A stretch of DNA of 64,000 bases from an uncultured Candidatus Saccharibacteria bacterium. GTDB lineage: Bacteria > Patescibacteriota > Saccharimonadia > Saccharimonadales > Saccharimonadaceae. The stretch is taken from positions 3,901-67,900 of the forward strand of contig CAPNAV010000001.1 in NCBI GenBank assembly GCA_948663575.1. Direction: 5' to 3'. Under the pieces are notes generated by a model that was given only the letters and a program-made list of their open reading frames with translations, had not been told where the DNA came from and did no database searches. The translations under genes and the position numbers were made by a program. This document shows positions 62,555 through 64,000 of the stretch, one piece after another; the first letter of the stretch is position 1, and each line of letters begins with the position of its first letter.

Positions 62555-62648
62555 AAACCTTAAACCTAGGTTTAAGGTTTTGAAAAAAGCTAACAGGGGT
62601 AACGATGTCTCAAAATAACGCAAAACTTGATCTGCAGATCAGGTTTTG
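62555..62648. repeat. Two loop-less palindromes (26 bp perfect, 28 bp with one mismatch)
   Basis: AAACCTTAAACCTAGGTTTAAGGTTT (62555-62580); CAAAACTTGATCTGCAGATCAGGTTTTG (62621-62648). Confidence 0.8.
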
Positions 62649-62836
62649 TTCGGTTTTTGGGGTTTTCTAGGAGGTGAAAATTGCCTTGTTGGCATGTTAT
62701 AAAAACAGATTTTTAGTTATTTTTACGGCGGGATGTAAAAGTTATTGTTTTATATATACTCCTCATAATTTCTGAATTTATAAAGCCTGCGTCAATTCTA
62801 AAAACAATATACAGTTACCTATGCCCCAGCAATTTA

Positions 62837-63153
62837 TTTGGTGAGCGATAATGAAGCTACTAATCAATACAATGCCAATGGAGGAGTCACCTTACCAAAC
62901 GCTAATGCGAACTATAATATTGCATTATCACCACTATTCTCAATCCGCAGTGGAGATGCCTATGACGCCTATGACCCTCATATTCTCACGAACCGAGGAT
63001 TTTACGGTTTTAGCTGGGCCTCAACATCGTGGGGAACTACTTTCACGTATTATTTCTCAACCACACCTTATGTAACCGGCCCATCCGACAATAATACACG
63101 AAGCTTCGCCCTTTCCCTCCGCTGCCTAGTCTCTACTAATAATGGATAATGAT
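62837..63153 (+). repeat. Variable cassette D (ORF 62838-63149)
   Basis: TTTGGTGAGCGATAAT ... TCCCTCCGCTGCCTAGTCTCTACTAATAATGGATAATGAT; LVSDN...LSPLF..RSG...GFSWAST...SLRCLVSTNNG*. Confidence 0.85.
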
Positions 63154-63255
63154 AAAAAGGCTATTTCTTGGCGAACAACATATTGTAGCAATATCTAGTG
63201 TAGTATAGGTAGCAAACTTGTCACCTCTTCCATAGCTTGCGAGGGGGGGTTACAC

Positions 63256-63597
63256 CTCCAGCAGACTATCTTGCGAGTAGGGTGCGAAGCTTACGAACAA
63301 TTGTATGAAAGTGAAAGGATAGCACTCTCTCCAAACCTAGTTTTGTGGGGAGGTTCGGAGTTACGACGAGAAATAGCGCCAAGGCCCTGTGACGAATCGC
63401 GTAGGAGATGAGAGAAAAGAAAGTTTCACTTTCTTTTCCGAGACGACGCTCGCGAATCTGAGCGTAGCGAAGATAGGCGCCTTGGACGCGCTCCCCACAA
63501 ACTAGGCTTGGAGAGAATGGTATTAACTATGCGTCCCTCACAAGATAGTCTGCTGGAGATACTTACCATGCGTTTCTCACAAACCAGGTTTGGAGAG
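63256..63597. repeat. Large nested inverted-repeat element (MITE/REP-like or structured RNA)
   Basis: 63256-63277 pairs with 63537-63558; 63326-63352 with 63491-63516; apex hairpin 63414-63438; extra arm copy at 63574-63597. Confidence 0.7.
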
Positions 63598-63657
63598 GTA
63601 AGCGTTCTGCCCACCAGACTAGGAGTATAGCAGGAACGTCGAGCTTTTGATGAACGT

Positions 63658-63999
63658 CTAATCCTTGACCTTAGTATGCGCTTTTCTCCACTCAGCAATC
63701 TTCCCATGATGCCCCGAAAGCAGCACCTCTGGCACCTTCATCCCTCGAAACTCCGCCGGCTTAGTATACTGAGGATATTCCAAATTATTCCCGTCTGAGA
63801 AGCTCTCGATTTCTGCCGATGTTTCGCCGCCCAACACCCCTGGCAGCAGTCGTGTAATGGAATCAATAAGAATCAACGCCGGCAACTCCCCTCCCGTCAA
63901 AACATAATTTCCCAGTGAAATTTTATGATCCACGATGGTCAAAATCCGCTCATCATATCCCTCATAGTGTGGGCATAGAATAATAAAATGCCGTTCATT
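63658..63999 (-). CDS. trmD: tRNA (guanine-N1)-methyltransferase, 3' part, runs off the window
   Basis: [46 protein letters not shown]. Confidence 0.96.
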   Translation of the reverse strand, partial: NERHFIILCPHYEGYDERILTIVDHKISLGNYVLTGGELPALILIDSITRLLPGVLGGETSAEIESFSDGNNLEYPQYTKPAEFRGMKVPEVLLSGHHGKIAEWRKAHTKVKD

Positions 64000-64000
64000 A

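Noticed and set aside
61697..63153. Classical DGR (template repeat/variable repeat pair)
   Set aside because: No reverse transcriptase in the window, and the cassettes differ by indels and at all bases rather than only at adenines of one template. A remote RT cannot be excluded.

Overview
Bacterial chromosomal window, most likely Candidatus Saccharibacteria (Patescibacteria/CPR). This assignment is inferred from the EF-Tu and S10 sequences, CPR-type FtsA-like and pilin-like proteins, tandem FemABX genes and many leaderless genes; genetic code 11. The backbone carries uvrB, tuf, rpsJ, a Mur-ligase/hydrolase/aminotransferase/femABX cell-wall cluster, galU-like, dnaE, eno, ftsA-like, rsuA-like, a two-component pair, a RuvX-MltG fusion, a LysM-CHAP protein, obgE, a broken murI, the 3' end of trmD and three tRNAs (Phe, Leu, Gly). 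Accessory DNA includes two back-to-back islands with large serine recombinases whose stop codons lie inside the T-arms of tRNA-Phe and tRNA-Leu, many orphan genes and a TelA/vWA cluster. The most striking signal is four ~310-335 bp 'variable cassettes' (22363-22670, 61697-62031, 62055-62387, 62837-63153). They have near-invariant 16-nt and 40-nt ends around hypervariable in-frame cores encoding the C-terminal part of a FISUMP/C-lectin-like domain, which suggests a silent-cassette antigenic-variation or shuffling system. Second, both islands place a sequence-divergent but architecturally identical ~135-nt terminator/antiterminator RNA leader in front of their cargo. All calls were made by eye, with no database searches.
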